Below, one piece after another: positions 42,310-55,097 of a stretch of DNA of 64,000 nt. Numbering within the stretch: the stretch's first letter is position 1; each line of letters begins with the position of its first letter. The stretch lies in contig CAVRAG010000007.1 in NCBI GenBank assembly GCA_963718895.1, forward strand, positions 736,001-800,000, written 5' to 3'. Made by a program: the position numbers and the translations under genes. A model generated the notes under the pieces. The model saw only the letters and a program-made list of their open reading frames with translations. It did not search any database and was not told the DNA's origin. The stretch comes from an uncultured Nitrososphaerota archaeon (GTDB lineage Archaea; Thermoproteota; Nitrososphaeria; Nitrososphaerales; Gagatemarchaeaceae).

Positions 42310-42903
42310 TCAGGGCAGGAGTCCCGGGATGTTGGTCGAGGTTACTTGCAGGTCGATCGTCGGAAAGTTGCCGAGTGTGAGGTTGAGGGCGACCGGGGGC
42401 AATCCGAGCCGGTAGAAGTAAGCAGTTGTGAGCAGCTGGGCATCCGCGGTCTCGAAGGAGTCGGCCGTCACCGACATCACCTTCCCCTGGACAACTTGAG
42501 TAGTCGAGTATTGACCCGCGATGGCGTCTTTTCCAGTGAGAAAGAAGGTCGAACCATGGTTCAATCCCGGAGTGACCCAATCTACTCGGTGGTTGCTGAT
42601 TGGCGCTCCATTGCCGACGGTCACGTTGTCCATGGATAGGACCTCGGCCTTGGTCGAGTTCATGGCGAGGACGCGGATTGCGTACGTCATCGTGACAGAG
42701 GAGCCATCGACGCTTGTTGTCCCTGAATATACCACTTCCGCACCCGGGACCACCCAGGACGGGAGCCCCTTGGTCTCTCCGGTCGCAAATCCCGAAGTCG
42801 GGGCCATGGCAAGCAGGAAGATCGCGGCCAAGACCGCTGAGACGCCGACGATGAGAATGATGAGGCGCGTCCTGCGGCTTGGGCGCGAGTGTTTCGTCCT
42901 CAT
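42310..42903 (-). CDS. Membrane-anchored exported protein
   Basis: Basic N-terminus plus TM helix, then a beta-rich domain. Confidence 0.65.
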   Translation of the reverse strand: MRTKHSRPSRRTRLIILIVGVSAVLAAIFLLAMAPTSGFATGETKGLPSWVVPGAEVVYSGTTSVDGSSVTMTYAIRVLAMNSTKAEVLSMDNVTVGNGAPISNHRVDWVTPGLNHGSTFFLTGKDAIAGQYSTTQVVQGKVMSVTADSFETADAQLLTTAYFYRLGLPPVALNLTLGNFPTIDLQVTSTNIPGLLP

Positions 42904-43507
42904 GAGCTGAGAGAGCGGGCGCTCTAATAACGACCACGGAGTGGGATTCTGGTTACGGCAGGGTTGCCGCTTAAATCGGCCGATGCAGTATGACGGCATG
43001 TCCACGGGAGTCGCAAAGTTAGCCTACGAGGATGTTCCTGCCTCGGAAATCACAAGGCAGACGCACTCGGTACCGGTTCAGACCTCGTTAGGTGGAAACC
43101 AATGACAGGTGACGACGAGATCCCCCGGTTGAGGAGGACCTACAGGTACGAAGTCAGAGTGACTGGGGTAGGGAGGGAAGTCTCAATCCTGTTTACCAAC
43201 GAAATCGCGACAGACGACTCTACGTTGACTCTCGATCCCGTAGAGATAGTCAATAACCACAGGCTGTACACACTGAAAGACAAACGCGCATCTATCCGTT
43301 GGCCAGGGTGGTCGAGATCAAGCTCCGCGGGAACAACCCGGAACGCAGTCAAGCCACAGCGAGCGCGGAAGACGCAGAGGAGACCGCTGAGGCAACAGCC
43401 ATCGCGAACTCGTGGTGCGGTCGATGATGTCGAGGCGGTCCCAAGAGGTCTTCGTGGCGACCCTGCCGTCTGCGGGTTCCTGAGGCGACCCCCCCGGAGG
43501 AACAGAA

Positions 43508-43821
43508 ATGGTAATTGACCTCTTCATGGCTCTTCTGAACGCCACCCTAGGGTTCGCCGCGGGGTTTTCGCAGGCCTCGTCGCCTTTGAGCTGGCCAAGC
43601 ACAGCGGCGGGAGGCTGAGCGAGAGGTTCGCGATGCTCGCAGCCCTCCTCGGCTTGCTAGTCGGGACCGGCTTCGGCGTTGCCCTCTTCGGTGGTCCACC
43701 AAGCCCGACTCCGGTCTGGTTGGCGGTTTCTGGCGCCGACGGGTCGCCGCTTCTGGGGTACGGATCGCAGTGGTACACCTACGTCGCCATCCGGAAGCAC
43801 CCCGAGCGATACACAGACTAG
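43508..43821 (+). CDS. Small membrane protein (frameshifted)
   Basis: Hydrophobic segments spread over two frames. Confidence 0.4.
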
Positions 43822-43873
43822 CGTGGACCAGGGCAACTGAGAGGCGGCATAACTTGGGTGTGAGAGGGACGAC

Positions 43874-43975
43874 ATGAAGGCGAATCACGGGTACAAAGTG
43901 TATGCCTCAATCCGTCACGTTCCGGAAGCGTCCGCGAAGGCGAACCTGATTCTTGTCACGGACAGCGGGGGCACT
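43874..43975 (+). pseudogene. Truncated paralogue of 41143-41427
   Basis: YKVYASIRHVPE.S.KA.LILVT matches, then similarity stops at the low-GC ATPase end. Confidence 0.6.
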
Positions 43976-43991
43976 TCAAATGGCGTTGCCT

Positions 43992-44978
43992 CTATGATTC
44001 CCGCGATAGCTTGTACATCGAGTCGACCAACTCATACATCCCCTCTGTCTTCCGAATCAAGCGCATGTTGATGAGCGAGTCAATTGACCTTTGCAGGCTT
44101 TTGTCATCCGGCGTTGATCCATAGTAAGCACTGCTAAGGGCCTTCAGTTCTTTCCAAGTACATCGCTTTTCGAATGATGAAATGGCTTTCATGATTGAAA
44201 GTTCGAGTGGACCGAGACTCTTCAGCTCGTCGTTTAGGACGTGCTTAGCGTTGTCCTTGACTTCGAAAAGGGATTTCTCGTGGCTGATTCCCTGGCTCCT
44301 TTTCGCGCCGTAGAAGGATAACCATCCCGGAATGCCGCTGAATGTCTCTGTAGCTTCTGTGATTTCCTGCTCCGAAGATTTGACTTTGCATATGCGAAAC
44401 CCCTTCTGGAGGAAATCTCTGCTTGTGGAGGAATTGAAGGGTTCCAGTTCTATCTGTTGAGTTGGTCTACCAAGCATTGATGGATCGTTGGACAGTCGCT
44501 TAATCATGCCGGTTGCTGATCCCGAGAATAAGAACTTCGCTTTGGATTCATTGTACGCTACTGAAAGCAGTTTTGGAAAGGTTGGATCGTTGATGTTCTG
44601 GATTTCGTCCAGAGCAATTGTGACTTCTGGGAGATTCCTGAGGAATTGTTCGAGTGTTCTTACCGGTTTCTTCTCGAATTCAGCTTTGACTAGTTTCAGG
44701 TCTAATGTGATTTTGGCTTTTACCTTTGCACTTACCAGGTCTATTATCCGGTTGCCAAGATCGGGGATTGCTAGGCAGGTTGAACTGTCGATGAATACGC
44801 CGTTTCTTTCCTTGGTTATCGTCTTTAGGATCGATGTCTTTCCGATTCTTTTCGGTCCTATTACGAGTACCCAGAAGCCGGCATCTAGTTGTTTTGTGAT
44901 GTTCGTTAGCTCTGCGTCTCGCCCATACATGAGATTCCTGTTTTCCTTTGGGCGAGTGTCAAAGTATGGACATGGCAA
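43992..44978 (-). CDS. Archaeal AAA+ ATPase with C-terminal wHTH
   Basis: YFDTRPK..L.GR..E, GPKRIGKTS, LDEIQ, SGS, GIPGWL. Confidence 0.88.
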   Translation of the reverse strand: MPCPYFDTRPKENRNLMYGRDAELTNITKQLDAGFWVLVIGPKRIGKTSILKTITKERNGVFIDSSTCLAIPDLGNRIIDLVSAKVKAKITLDLKLVKAEFEKKPVRTLEQFLRNLPEVTIALDEIQNINDPTFPKLLSVAYNESKAKFLFSGSATGMIKRLSNDPSMLGRPTQQIELEPFNSSTSRDFLQKGFRICKVKSSEQEITEATETFSGIPGWLSFYGAKRSQGISHEKSLFEVKDNAKHVLNDELKSLGPLELSIMKAISSFEKRCTWKELKALSSAYYGSTPDDKSLQRSIDSLINMRLIRKTEGMYELVDSMYKLSRES

Positions 44979-44983
44979 AGATA

Positions 44984-45127
44984 ACCCTCGCCAGTAGCTG
45001 GCGTGGGTAGATGAGAAAAGAGTTTTGATTGGATACAAGAATGGAATCTAGGAATGTCAGAATGTAGGGGACTTTGCAGTAGTTGGTACTTGTAGTAGTT
45101 ACCCTCGCCAGTAGCTGGCGTGGGTAG
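44984..45127. repeat. Two identical 27-bp hairpin-forming direct repeats, 90 bp apart
   Basis: ACCCTCGCCAGTAGCTGGCGTGGGTAG at 44984-45010 and 45101-45127. Confidence 0.9.
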
Positions 45128-45779
45128 GGGAATTGGCATATTGAATTTGAAGAGTCGTATGAGGTCCAGGAGTGAAAAAGAATGGATCGCAATCCGAGCG
45201 ATTTCCAGAACATGACAGGAATTGAACTTGGTGTTTCCGTGGTTCCGACTCTGGGATGAAATGACTTGACCTCAGTGATAAGATTGACGATGGCGATGGT
45301 GGACGATTTGAAACCTGGTCATTGCAAAAATTGTGATTTATAGTTGGCACTATAAACCGGGGCCACCCCGCTCTGCACAACCCTGGCTTTACGCCTCCGG
45401 GCATGTCAAGCATCCACGAGCCTCCATGCCAACACGATTAACGCTCCCAGCATGGAAGACATGAGCCGGAACCTCACATCCTTCCTTCACTACCGGAACC
45501 GTAGCGGCCTTGTCGAACCACGGATGTTGCTAAACAGCTCATGTGGGGATAGGGGTAACTATCGAGATTCGATCCACCAAGGGCATGTTATAAACTATAC
45601 CGATGGTATCCAATCATCAAAACTCCGAAGTCATGCAAATCAGGTAATCTAGGTAGCCATAACACTTGGATCTCCAGCTCCAGTAGGCTGGGTTAACGAG
45701 TAGTCGCCGGCCTAGATGGGAAGAATGCGAAGGAGGTCAGACATGAATACGCGGTTAGTGGGAGCTAATCGGCTTTCAG

Positions 45780-48700
45780 TTAGACGTCCTTGGTCTTCAG
45801 ACTTCGCTCGATTAGTTCTTGTTCGTCTTCTCCGACGTCATATAGTTTGTAAACTGCTTCATCCAACTCATTCTCAATCACACTGATTCCACTCTTCAAG
45901 TCCCTAAGTTCAGCCTGATTATCCGTCAAGTATCTCTCCCAATCGTCCTGTTCGTCGAGTTTCATCCTCCGCCTTGCTGCTCCTTCAATCTCACGGCGGA
46001 CATCTTTGAACAAGAGTCCAGTTATATCCTCCAAGTTCCTAGGAATTCCTATTCCGAAATTATCAGCAATCCGACGGAGAATTCTGTCTTTCACCCCATA
46101 ATACTCTGGATATAGTCTTGAAAGTCTCTCCGCCAGTCCTGCAATATTCGATTGTTCAGTCATCGAAATGTTCTTCACAGGGAGGCTTCGAATCTCAGCA
46201 AGTGTGGTCTGTCTAAAATCATCTTTCAAAGCGATGGATGATTTCTTGGTGTACAGAAACGAGAACAACTTAGAATTCAGTAACAGCGAGAATGTAGAAT
46301 GGGTTGAACTTGCCCGAGTAGTCCTGTGTGATTACGAACGGGTTGAAATCCTTATTCGTTATTATTCCTGAGTCTTCATGGAAAGCCATAAGGCGATTCT
46401 GGCGATTCACAATTCTTCTTACCAGGATTTTCGGTTGTGTGTACAAGTGCTGAATACTCTTTGCCTTACGAAAGTCAATGAAGGCGGAAGACTTGATGAA
46501 GAAACGGTATCTATTGGCGTCGGCCTCGAGTAAGAAACGGGAATGGTCTTCCGACATATTAGGACTTTGATACAGGAAACTTACTCGTGACGATTCCTTG
46601 ACAGGAATCAGTGAGAGGAGGACCAAGTTCTATACTTCCCTTCCGAACTTCTTCCAAGATTTCGTATGTGCTATCGTTCGCGAAGACCTTGAGGTTTGGT
46701 TCAAGAAGAACTCTCCTCGTCTTCACGCATTCAGAATTCTCAACCTCGATAGCAGTGATTTTCTCGTCCTTCTCGTATTCGTGTGCAAGGAATGATTCAC
46801 TCTCCTTATTGTTCCTAAATACGACTATTCCAGTATCTACGTATGCATCCGGGAAGACGTCAAAGGGCAGGTTCACCAAGTTTCGCAAGCTTACTTTCTT
46901 GTCCACGAATAGCATCTTGCGAAAGGTGAAGTAGTTGTCCCCAGTCTGCCATGTCAGAGGCATGATGAATCCAATGAAGCCTCCTTCCTTTATTAGGTCG
47001 AGAGCTTTTTCAACAAAAATGACCGGAGGTATCGTACTTTCTGAAAATGCCATCGTAGTTAGCCACGTAGTGGCTGCTTCGTCGTCCTCCATTTCCTCCA
47101 GCGGAATGTATGGTGGATTCGAAATGACAACATCAAAGCGACCTCCAATCTCCTTGAACTCATTCTCCCCAGTCGAACCCTTTTCCATGAGTAATCTCTT
47201 TGTCGAGGATGATACTATTTCCAATCCGGATGTTCTGAGACAGGTCGATAAGTTTTCGATTAGTACTTGCTATCTTCAAGAACAAACTCAGTTTTGTAAT
47301 CTCGACCGATTCTTCGTTCACATCCACCCCAAAAATATTGTTTTCAACGATTCTCCTCGCCTCCTCCTCCTCCTCCCACTTCTTGAGCGAGTAGAATTAG
47401 GTCGGAGGGGAGTTCTTTCTTGTTCCTGTCTTCACAAGAGTATATTCGCCTTTCAATTCCTTGAATGCTCTAATCTCTTTGTGAACGTCCAAGAGTATGT
47501 CCACCGCCTTGATTAGGAACGCTCCACTCCCACAAGCTAATCTACAATATTAAGGGCCTTGAATCTCTTCTCCAGCGAATTAATATCGTCAGAATACTCT
47601 TCAATCAGCTCAGAAATCGTAGTTGTCCCGTTCCTTGAAAGGGCAGGTATTATCGTATTCCTGCATATGTAATCGGTCACAAAGTCTTCGGTATAGTAGA
47701 TTCCTCCCTTCTCCTCCTTGAAAACCTCACTTCACCTTGAATCTCCTCCAAATCCGTAAGTGATTGTTCGAAGATGTGCCCCAGTATCTTCACATCAACT
47801 TCAGACTGAAAATCAAATGATGACAAGAATAGGAGATTGCCGATGATGGGAATCAGTCTACTCCTGAATCGCTTCATTACTAACTGGGAAATCTCATCTA
47901 ACTTCATTTCATTCTTCAGATTGGAGTGTTGGAGAATATCTCTGAAATAGGAATTGCTCCTGATATCCCTAAAAAAGACGTTCGGAGGAATCTTCTCTCC
48001 AAACAAGCCACCGTTGAATCCGAATATCTCGATTGGAGACTTGGAACCCTTGTCCAACCTCTCGAACAAGTTCGAAATCGTATCAGATGCGTATAGCGAG
48101 TATTCTGACACTATAGCGGGATTCAGACTCTCAAGAATTGACTCTGAGAAGATTCTGCGTTTGATATTGCCTGTCCCTTGAGCGAAGAACATGAAGTTCA
48201 TTCGGTTGAGGAAGAGCTGGGCGTAGTGTAACGATTCTTGGTGACTTATTTTACCATTCTCTTCGAACTCCCGGAGCAACATTAGCCTCGTTTCATGATA
48301 AAGTTTGTAGAATTCGCCCGTGAAGAGTCTCTCTTCTATTGAAGACTCGTAAAGTAACTTCGGTATGAAGTCCCGATCTATTATGCTTTCCTTTGAGAAG
48401 ATTGAAATGAACTCCCTCAGTTTCTCGTCAATTCCTCTGGTGCTCAGGAAGTCAAAGAGGTGATCACACAATACCCCTTGGCCTTGTCAATTAGGACAAA
48501 GTACTGGTAGTTTGTGGCTATACCATAATCGAAGTTGCCACTTCCCATGTAGTTCCAAGTTTGCGTTATGGGAGTCTTGTGTTCGGGCTTCTCTCTACTT
48601 TGCTCAGCGAATACGTGAGCAGTGGCCGTTCCTTTAGCCTCGATGCAGACCCCTCCTTCTCCTGAGGGGTTCCTGAAACTAAACTCTACGTTGCCTCCTC

Positions 48701-48895
48701 AAAATCCAAGTCCTCGGTCACTGAATATCCAAGAACACCTTGAAGAATCAGTACAGCGAACTTCAGGTAGTTTCTCTCCTCCCGCTCAATTTCGCCGGAT
48801 CTAAGGAGATATATCCACTTCTGAGCATTGAACTTTTGTTTTAGAGTTGGCTTGATGGCTGAGCTCATCCTCGCAATAGTTCGAGGGTTGAACAA
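45780..48895 (-). CDS. Type IIG (Eco57I/TaqI-like) restriction-modification fusion, multiple frameshifts
   Basis: FNGGLF, LGHIFEQ, ACGSGAFL (motif I), ISNPPY (motif IV), TaqI_C-like PKILVRRI, LDEAVYKLY tail. Confidence 0.85.
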
Positions 48896-48927
48896 GGCCT
48901 CGTCGCTAAGGGTCGAATGCCATCAGG

Positions 48928-49900
48928 CTACAGGAAGTCCCCGATATTTTGAGCTTTCTTCGCTAGCTCAAGCTTCGTGTATACAGGACTCCGGGGCACG
49001 ACTCCCCTTCTTCCCTCCTCGGCCGTCAGTTTAAGCGGCTTGGGTAGTTGTTCTCTTGTATTGAGGATAATCTGGAATTTCCCAGAGTCCTTATAGGGCC
49101 TTATCGTCTTAACGGTGCCTATCCATCGGATTGAGGAAATGGGCAGCTTGATAGTACATGGCCACATACTTGATTTGTGGGATGATAGAGGGAGACATTA
49201 AAATACATACCACATGTTCTCGCCTAGGAATGTTTCTTCAATCCCTTTTTGTTAGCCGGACAAACTATGGTATCGACATCAGCGATATTCCTCACCCCCT
49301 TTGACACTGAAGCCTTGATTTCTTCCTGGAACTCCGAGAACTGATAAGCGACCACACCTTCTTAAGTGAAGTGAATTTCCTCAGCTCAATAATGTCCGGT
49401 TGAGTCGCAAGTTGGCGGAGCACAAAATTCAGGTCCTCAGAGATCTTTTCGTCTATTATGACTATGAACCCATAGTCATTATCAAACACAACGCCATCCC
49501 AGAGATATGAGAAGTTAGGGTAGTGACCTTGCATTAAGGCGCTTACTGCTTCTGAGATTTTTGTATTATTCTTGATTTCTTCTAACAAGACACTCTTAAG
49601 TCGTCGAGACCCGGTGTTGAAGGAGCTTACGAGAATCGCCATAGTTGCAAGCCGATGTCCTCATCAACATCATCAGGATGAGATTTCGTTTTCTATCACA
49701 TAGAGCTTTGGACGTCCGCTTGAGAAACTGATTACATAACCGTCTGGAATCGATGCAATATCACCCTTCTGGGAGTTCACTTTCCTCTTTATGTCAAGGT
49801 AGACCGAATCCTCACCAAAGATGAGGTGACTATTCTCGACCACTACTCTCTCAAGCTCTTCCTCCTTAGAATTCTGCGCTTTGAAATAGTCTTCCTTCAA
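48928..49900 (-). CDS. PD-(D/E)xK-like nuclease domain plus C-terminal EVE/PUA-like domain (frameshifted)
   Basis: IPDGY..YVIENE N-domain; DTIVCPA..FLGENMWY..IKYVAMY..PISSI..GKF C-domain. Confidence 0.55.
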
Positions 49901-50016
49901 CGAGGAGCCGGCTCATGTCTCTCGTGCGGCAGAGTAGAGACGACCAAGATAAGGCCAGTTGTTCGTAAAACGTTATAACCATCGCGCCTCGGACGGGTTC
50001 GAAGCAGGAATAGGTT

Positions 50017-52208
50017 ATGCCGAAGTTCAAGTCGACAACAGAAGCGCTCAAAATCGTCCACGATAGGGAACACATACGCAACCTAGGGATCATCGCCCAC
50101 GTCGACCACGGGAAAGACGACCGACCTCTGACTCCCTTTTGGCGGCTGCGGGATGCTTTCACCCTCCGTTGCCGGCCAAGCGTTAGCTTTGGACTACATG
50201 GAGCTGGAACAGACAGACAGATGACGATCAAGGCAGCGAACGTCACTTTGTACTACGAAGAGGATAACAGCCGTATGTAATCAATCTAATCGATACGCCG
50301 GGCCACATCGACTTCACCGGGAAAGTAACGAGGTCGTTTGAGGGCCGTTGACGGCGCAATCGTCGTCGTAGACAGCGTCGAGGGGGTAATGACCCAGACC
50401 GAGACTGTCACCAGGCAAGCGCTCGAAGAACGGGTCCGTCCGGTCTTATACATCAATAAAATCGACCGTTTGATAAAAGAGCTTCGATTAGCGCCCGAAA
50501 CGATGCAGGAGTGGCTCTTCAACATCGTCAAGGACTTCAACCGCCTCATCGACACGTACGCGGAGCCGGAGTACAAGGAGAAGTGGAAGGTGACGGTCGC
50601 GGACGGGCAGGTCGCCTTCGGCTCGTCCAAGGACAAGTGGGGCTTCAACTTCGGTCATGGCCAAGAAGGTCGGGCATGTCGTTCAAGGACATCATCGACG
50701 CCTACCAGACGAAGGGCCCGAGGAGCTGGGCAAGAAGCTCCCGCTCCACGAGGCGCTCCTCGGCATGGTCGTCAAGCACCACCCGCCGCCCCACGTGGCG
50801 CAGGCGTACCGCATCCCCAAGATCTGGCAGGGCGACCTCAACAGCGACGTGGGCAAGTCGCTGCTGGCCTGCGACGAGAACGGCCCGATGGTCATGATGG
50901 TCACGAACGTCGTCGTCGACCCGGCCGCGGGGCTTGTGGGCGTCGGCAGGCTCTTCTCCGGCACCGTCACCAACGGCGACCCGGTCTACCTCCTCAACTC
51001 GAAGAAGGAGGGCAAGATCCAGTCGGTCCAGCTATTCATGGGCTTCCAGAGGGAGATAGTCGACTCGCTCCCGGCGGGCAACATCCCCGCGCTGCTCGGG
51101 CCTCGACATCCGGTCCGGCGAGACGATATCGACGCTCAAGGACGTCGTCCCGTTCGAGTCGATACACTACGTCTGCGAGCCGGTCGTGACGACGGCGGTC
51201 GAGGCGAAGCACCCGAGGGACCTCCCCAAGCTCGTCGAGGCGATGCGCAGGCTCAACATCGAGGACCCGAACCTCATCATCACCATCAACCAGGAGTCCG
51301 GCGAGACGCTGATGGCCGGCATGGGCGTGCTGCACCTCGAGATAGCGACGACGATGCTCCAGCAGCAGGGGCTCGAGATAATCACCTCGCCGCCCATCAT
51401 CAACTACAGGGAGGCGGTCAGGCCGGTCGGCGGGCCCGATAATGTCGCGCTCCCCGAACAGGCACAACAAGATATTCATCAAGGTCGAGCCGCTCGACCC
51501 GCACATCGTCGAGCTCATCAGCAACGGCACCTCAACGAGATGACGGACAAGAAGGGCATCCAGAAGACGCTGAGGGACAACGGCTGGACCTCGGACGAGG
51601 CGAAGTCCGTGGTCGGCATCGACCCGAAGGGCAACATGCTCACGGAGGAGACCAAGGGAGTCCAGTACCTGCAGGAGTCGATGGACTCCATCAGGGCGGG
51701 CTTGGAGGACATCATGAAGAACGGGCCGCTCGCCTACGAGATCTGCAGGGGCATCAAGGTCACGCTGACCCACTACGTCCCGCACGAGGACCCGGCGCAC
51801 AGGACCTACGCGCAGCTGATGCCGGCGACGAGGAGGGCCATGCTCGGGGCGATGCTGATGGCGAACCCGACGCTGCTGGAGCCGATCCTCGGGATAGAGG
51901 TGAAGGGGCCGGGCGACCTCATCGGTGCAATCACGGGCGTCATCAGCGCCAAGAGGGGCAAGCTCATCAACGTCGAGCAGAGGGAGGTCGTGACGATAAT
52001 CCAGGGCGAGATCCCGGCGTCGGAGACCTTCGACCTGTCGCAGGTCATGAGGGGCGCGACGGCGGGCAAGGCGACCTGGAACACCAGCTTCAAGCTCTGG
52101 CAGTCGGTCCCGACGAACATGCTCCTGCCGCTGGTCACGGAGACGAGGAAGAGGAAGGGCCTGTCGCCGGAGCCGCCGACCCCGTCAGAGTTCATCGACA
52201 AGGAGTAG
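50017..52208 (+). CDS. fusA: Archaeal elongation factor 2 (frameshifts probably sequencing errors)
   Basis: [37 protein letters not shown], diphthamide loop HEDPAHR. Confidence 0.95.
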
Positions 52209-52847
52209 GCGTGCCAGGCGCCCACAAGGCGCTGAAAGATAGGATAGCGTGGCTGTGGCGGAAGAAATGGCCGTCCAGCCTCTCTCCGGCTCTTCCGCCG
52301 CAACCGCGCCGGGTCCCTCGGCTCAGATGATCGATTCCGCCCTTTCCGGACTTTCAATCAGGACACATTGTCTTGGATGGAATTCTGGAGTACTCAGTCT
52401 GGTCGCAATGTCGATGAAGTTCAGAGTGAAGATATCCAAGGGAGACAAAGTTCTATGCTCGCGAGGGTCCCTGAACTCGAGAGGTCCCACCCAGGAAGGG
52501 CGAGGGACGAAGGAAAGCATCTAGTCAGTCTATGAGTTGGTTGGGGCAACGCAGCGCGACGAGGCTGAATCTCCTCTCGCTTGGTTCGCGGCACGACGAC
52601 GAGCCGAGGTTTAACCTCCTCTTCCAGATGGACAATCTTCCAGTTGGCACTGTATGCTACGAAAAGCACGGAGTTAATGGTGCTGTCGATAAGTTTCCAC
52701 ACCCGGTTCATTTCAATCCTCTCTTGCGGAGCCACGTTGCCATACCGGTGGGCGAAATCGATGTGGCTTTATGGCTTTGGCTTTGAACGGGTTCAGTCGT
52801 CGAACTCGAGTATGACCTGACGTGCGACAAGACCCGGGTGCGATGGT

Positions 52848-53123
52848 GTGCAGTTGAATCCGTTCCTCGACGGGAACAAGAGGATGGCGTTCGCGTCGGC
52901 GGCTGCCATACTGAGACTGGAGGGTTTCGAGGTGGTCGCCTCTGACGATGACGCAGTCAGGTTCATGCTAGAGATGGCAGCGAATAAGCTCACACTCGCC
53001 CACGTGTCCGCCTGGCTGAAGGATAGGCCTAGAGTTGGAATAGGAAAGAATGCGCTTCGCATGAAGGGCAAGCGTGAGGGGGTCGTCTGGAGTCAGAGGA
53101 AGAGGCCAAGAGAAGAGCGATAG
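52848..53123 (+). pseudogene. Fic/Doc toxin C-terminal fragment
   Basis: NPFLDGNKR (catalytic His position reads Asn); no N-terminal half. Confidence 0.6.
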
Positions 53124-53361
53124 AGGAGACGCTGGAGACTCAAAAGGCGCTCATGAAGAAGCTCTCCAAGCTGTGAGCCCCCGGTCATCCCGAACACGAC
53201 TTTCTTGCCGCATCGGACCGTTCCTTGATGGCCGTTGCGGCCGTCGAAGCGCGATAGCCTTTCCGCGGAGCCACAGACGCCCTCAGAGTTCAGCGAGAAA
53301 CAGTAGTGATCTGGAAACTCGTTGGTGCGGATCGATTCACCACGTCGGTACCGCCCACCGC

Positions 53362-54248
53362 TTAGGGACTACTTGCGGCTAACCAACGATGAACGTCGGG
53401 GATTCGCCCAACGAAGAGGTTAGGTGCCCTTCGTTCTTCTCCAGGTGGGCCTCGGCCCGAGGGATGCGGGAAGCGAACCACTCTCCGTGTGAGAAGGGCA
53501 CGAACTTGTCGTGCTCGCCGTGCCAGACTTGAACAGGATCTTGATCGAAGCAGGGTCGAAGCCCCAGGGCTTGGAGATGGCGAGCCCATCGTCACAGAGT
53601 CCCCTTATTCCGGTCCTGTAGGCTTCTTGCATCGTGTCTGCATCCACCCCGCCAATTCATCGGAGGCAAGAGCCACTTTGTCCTCCTCAGACAGCAGGTT
53701 GCGAAGATTTGGGCGAGCTCGAGAGGAGAAGCCTTCAAGATTGAGTCAGCGTCCCGACGGCTCTTCAGTTCCCATTCGGCCTCATTGTCCAGCATCAGCT
53801 TGAAATCCTCGACGTTGAACTCGCCCGTCCCAGCGAACCAATCGATGCCCTCGGCAGGATATGGCGCGCACCCCCTAGGCTTGCGGCGGCTACGACTCGC
53901 TGGGGGAGGGCTGCGGCGCAGGCCAGGGCGGGAGCTCCTCCGCCCGAGTGACCCCATACCGCGAATCTATCCAGCCCTAGGCTGTCTGCGATAGCCTCTA
54001 CATCGGCGGCATCGTCGGATTATCCTCCGCCCCGGGACAGGAGTCGAGTTTCCTAATCCGGGCTGGTTAAACTTGTAACTGATCACCCGAATGTGGCGAC
54101 GCGCTGCGTCAGCGACGTGTGGAGGATAGAAGAGCCTTGAACATGGGGTACCGTACAGGGCGAAGATGGGCAGTCCGCTTGGATCCCCCGCTTCAGAGAT
54201 TTCCAGCATACGGCCAGAAGACAGGTGGACGGCAAACTCCTTGGCCAT
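53362..54248 (-). CDS. Alpha/beta hydrolase (heavily frameshifted)
   Basis: EAGDPSG.PI....GTP, PG.G.S, GxSGG nucleophile region, PWGFD. Confidence 0.65.
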
Positions 54249-55097
54249 GCAACGAATCGAGATACGAAGGCAATACATGAACCTTCCCGGCGTGTAGTGA
54301 TTAGGGCTTCTCTTCCGTCGAGACAAGCGACTGGATGTCTGTGATCAGGAGTGACACTCTGAGAACAAAGACAGTCCAGGAAGCAAACACGGGAAACCAG
54401 TACACTACAAGTGAAGCGGCGGTGGCGGCGCCGCTCGAGTTCTTCCATCGACAGGGAGTAGCCAGAGTCAGGCTGCTTGACTATGTGCCGCTTCGGCCGC
54501 ACAGGTCCCTCCTTAGCTCAATTACGCTCTCGAGCAGGAGAATTTCCTCAGGGAGAGTCTCGGGAGACCTGTCCGAGGCAGCGACGACCCGGCGGAGCAT
54601 TACAGGCTCCAGCTCGGCGAGAAGCGAGCAGACTGCGGAGCGATCGTCGGACTCTGTCACGGGCTCTTACCGTGAGTCGCGGCCCCTCTCCTTCGGGTTA
54701 TCCAGCTGTCGACAATCCCGTTGAGCCACTCCTCCCGTTCTTTCTTCGGTGAGGCCAGCTTCTCCCTTAGGTGCGCCAGGGCCCGCTCGTACTCCTGAGG
54801 CGTCATGGTCATGTCCCAGCACCTTGTCCAGCGATTTAAGCGCATAGGACGTCGTTTCGAGCCATTCCCGGAAGCGGGTTGGAGTTCATCAACAAGGAGT
54901 GGACGACGTTCCGTCACGGGTCGCTCAAAGAGGGAGAGCTTGATGCCTCCAGCTCGGTCCAATCGCCGTGAGGGGGTAGGTCGTGAATCGGGTTTAGCCT
55001 AGGGCAGAATCAGGCGGCCATTTCCGTCCGTCTCCAGCCAATGTTCACCACCCCCTGAATCGCGGCTCCGAGTCGGCTCGCGCACCGTGGATGCAGG

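Noticed and set aside
44984-45127. Mini CRISPR array
   Set aside because: Only two repeats, a 90-bp spacer that is too long, and no cas genes in the window
50017-52208. EF-2 pseudogene or programmed frameshifting
   Set aside because: Single-base indels affect many unrelated genes across the window, so sequencing error is the simpler explanation
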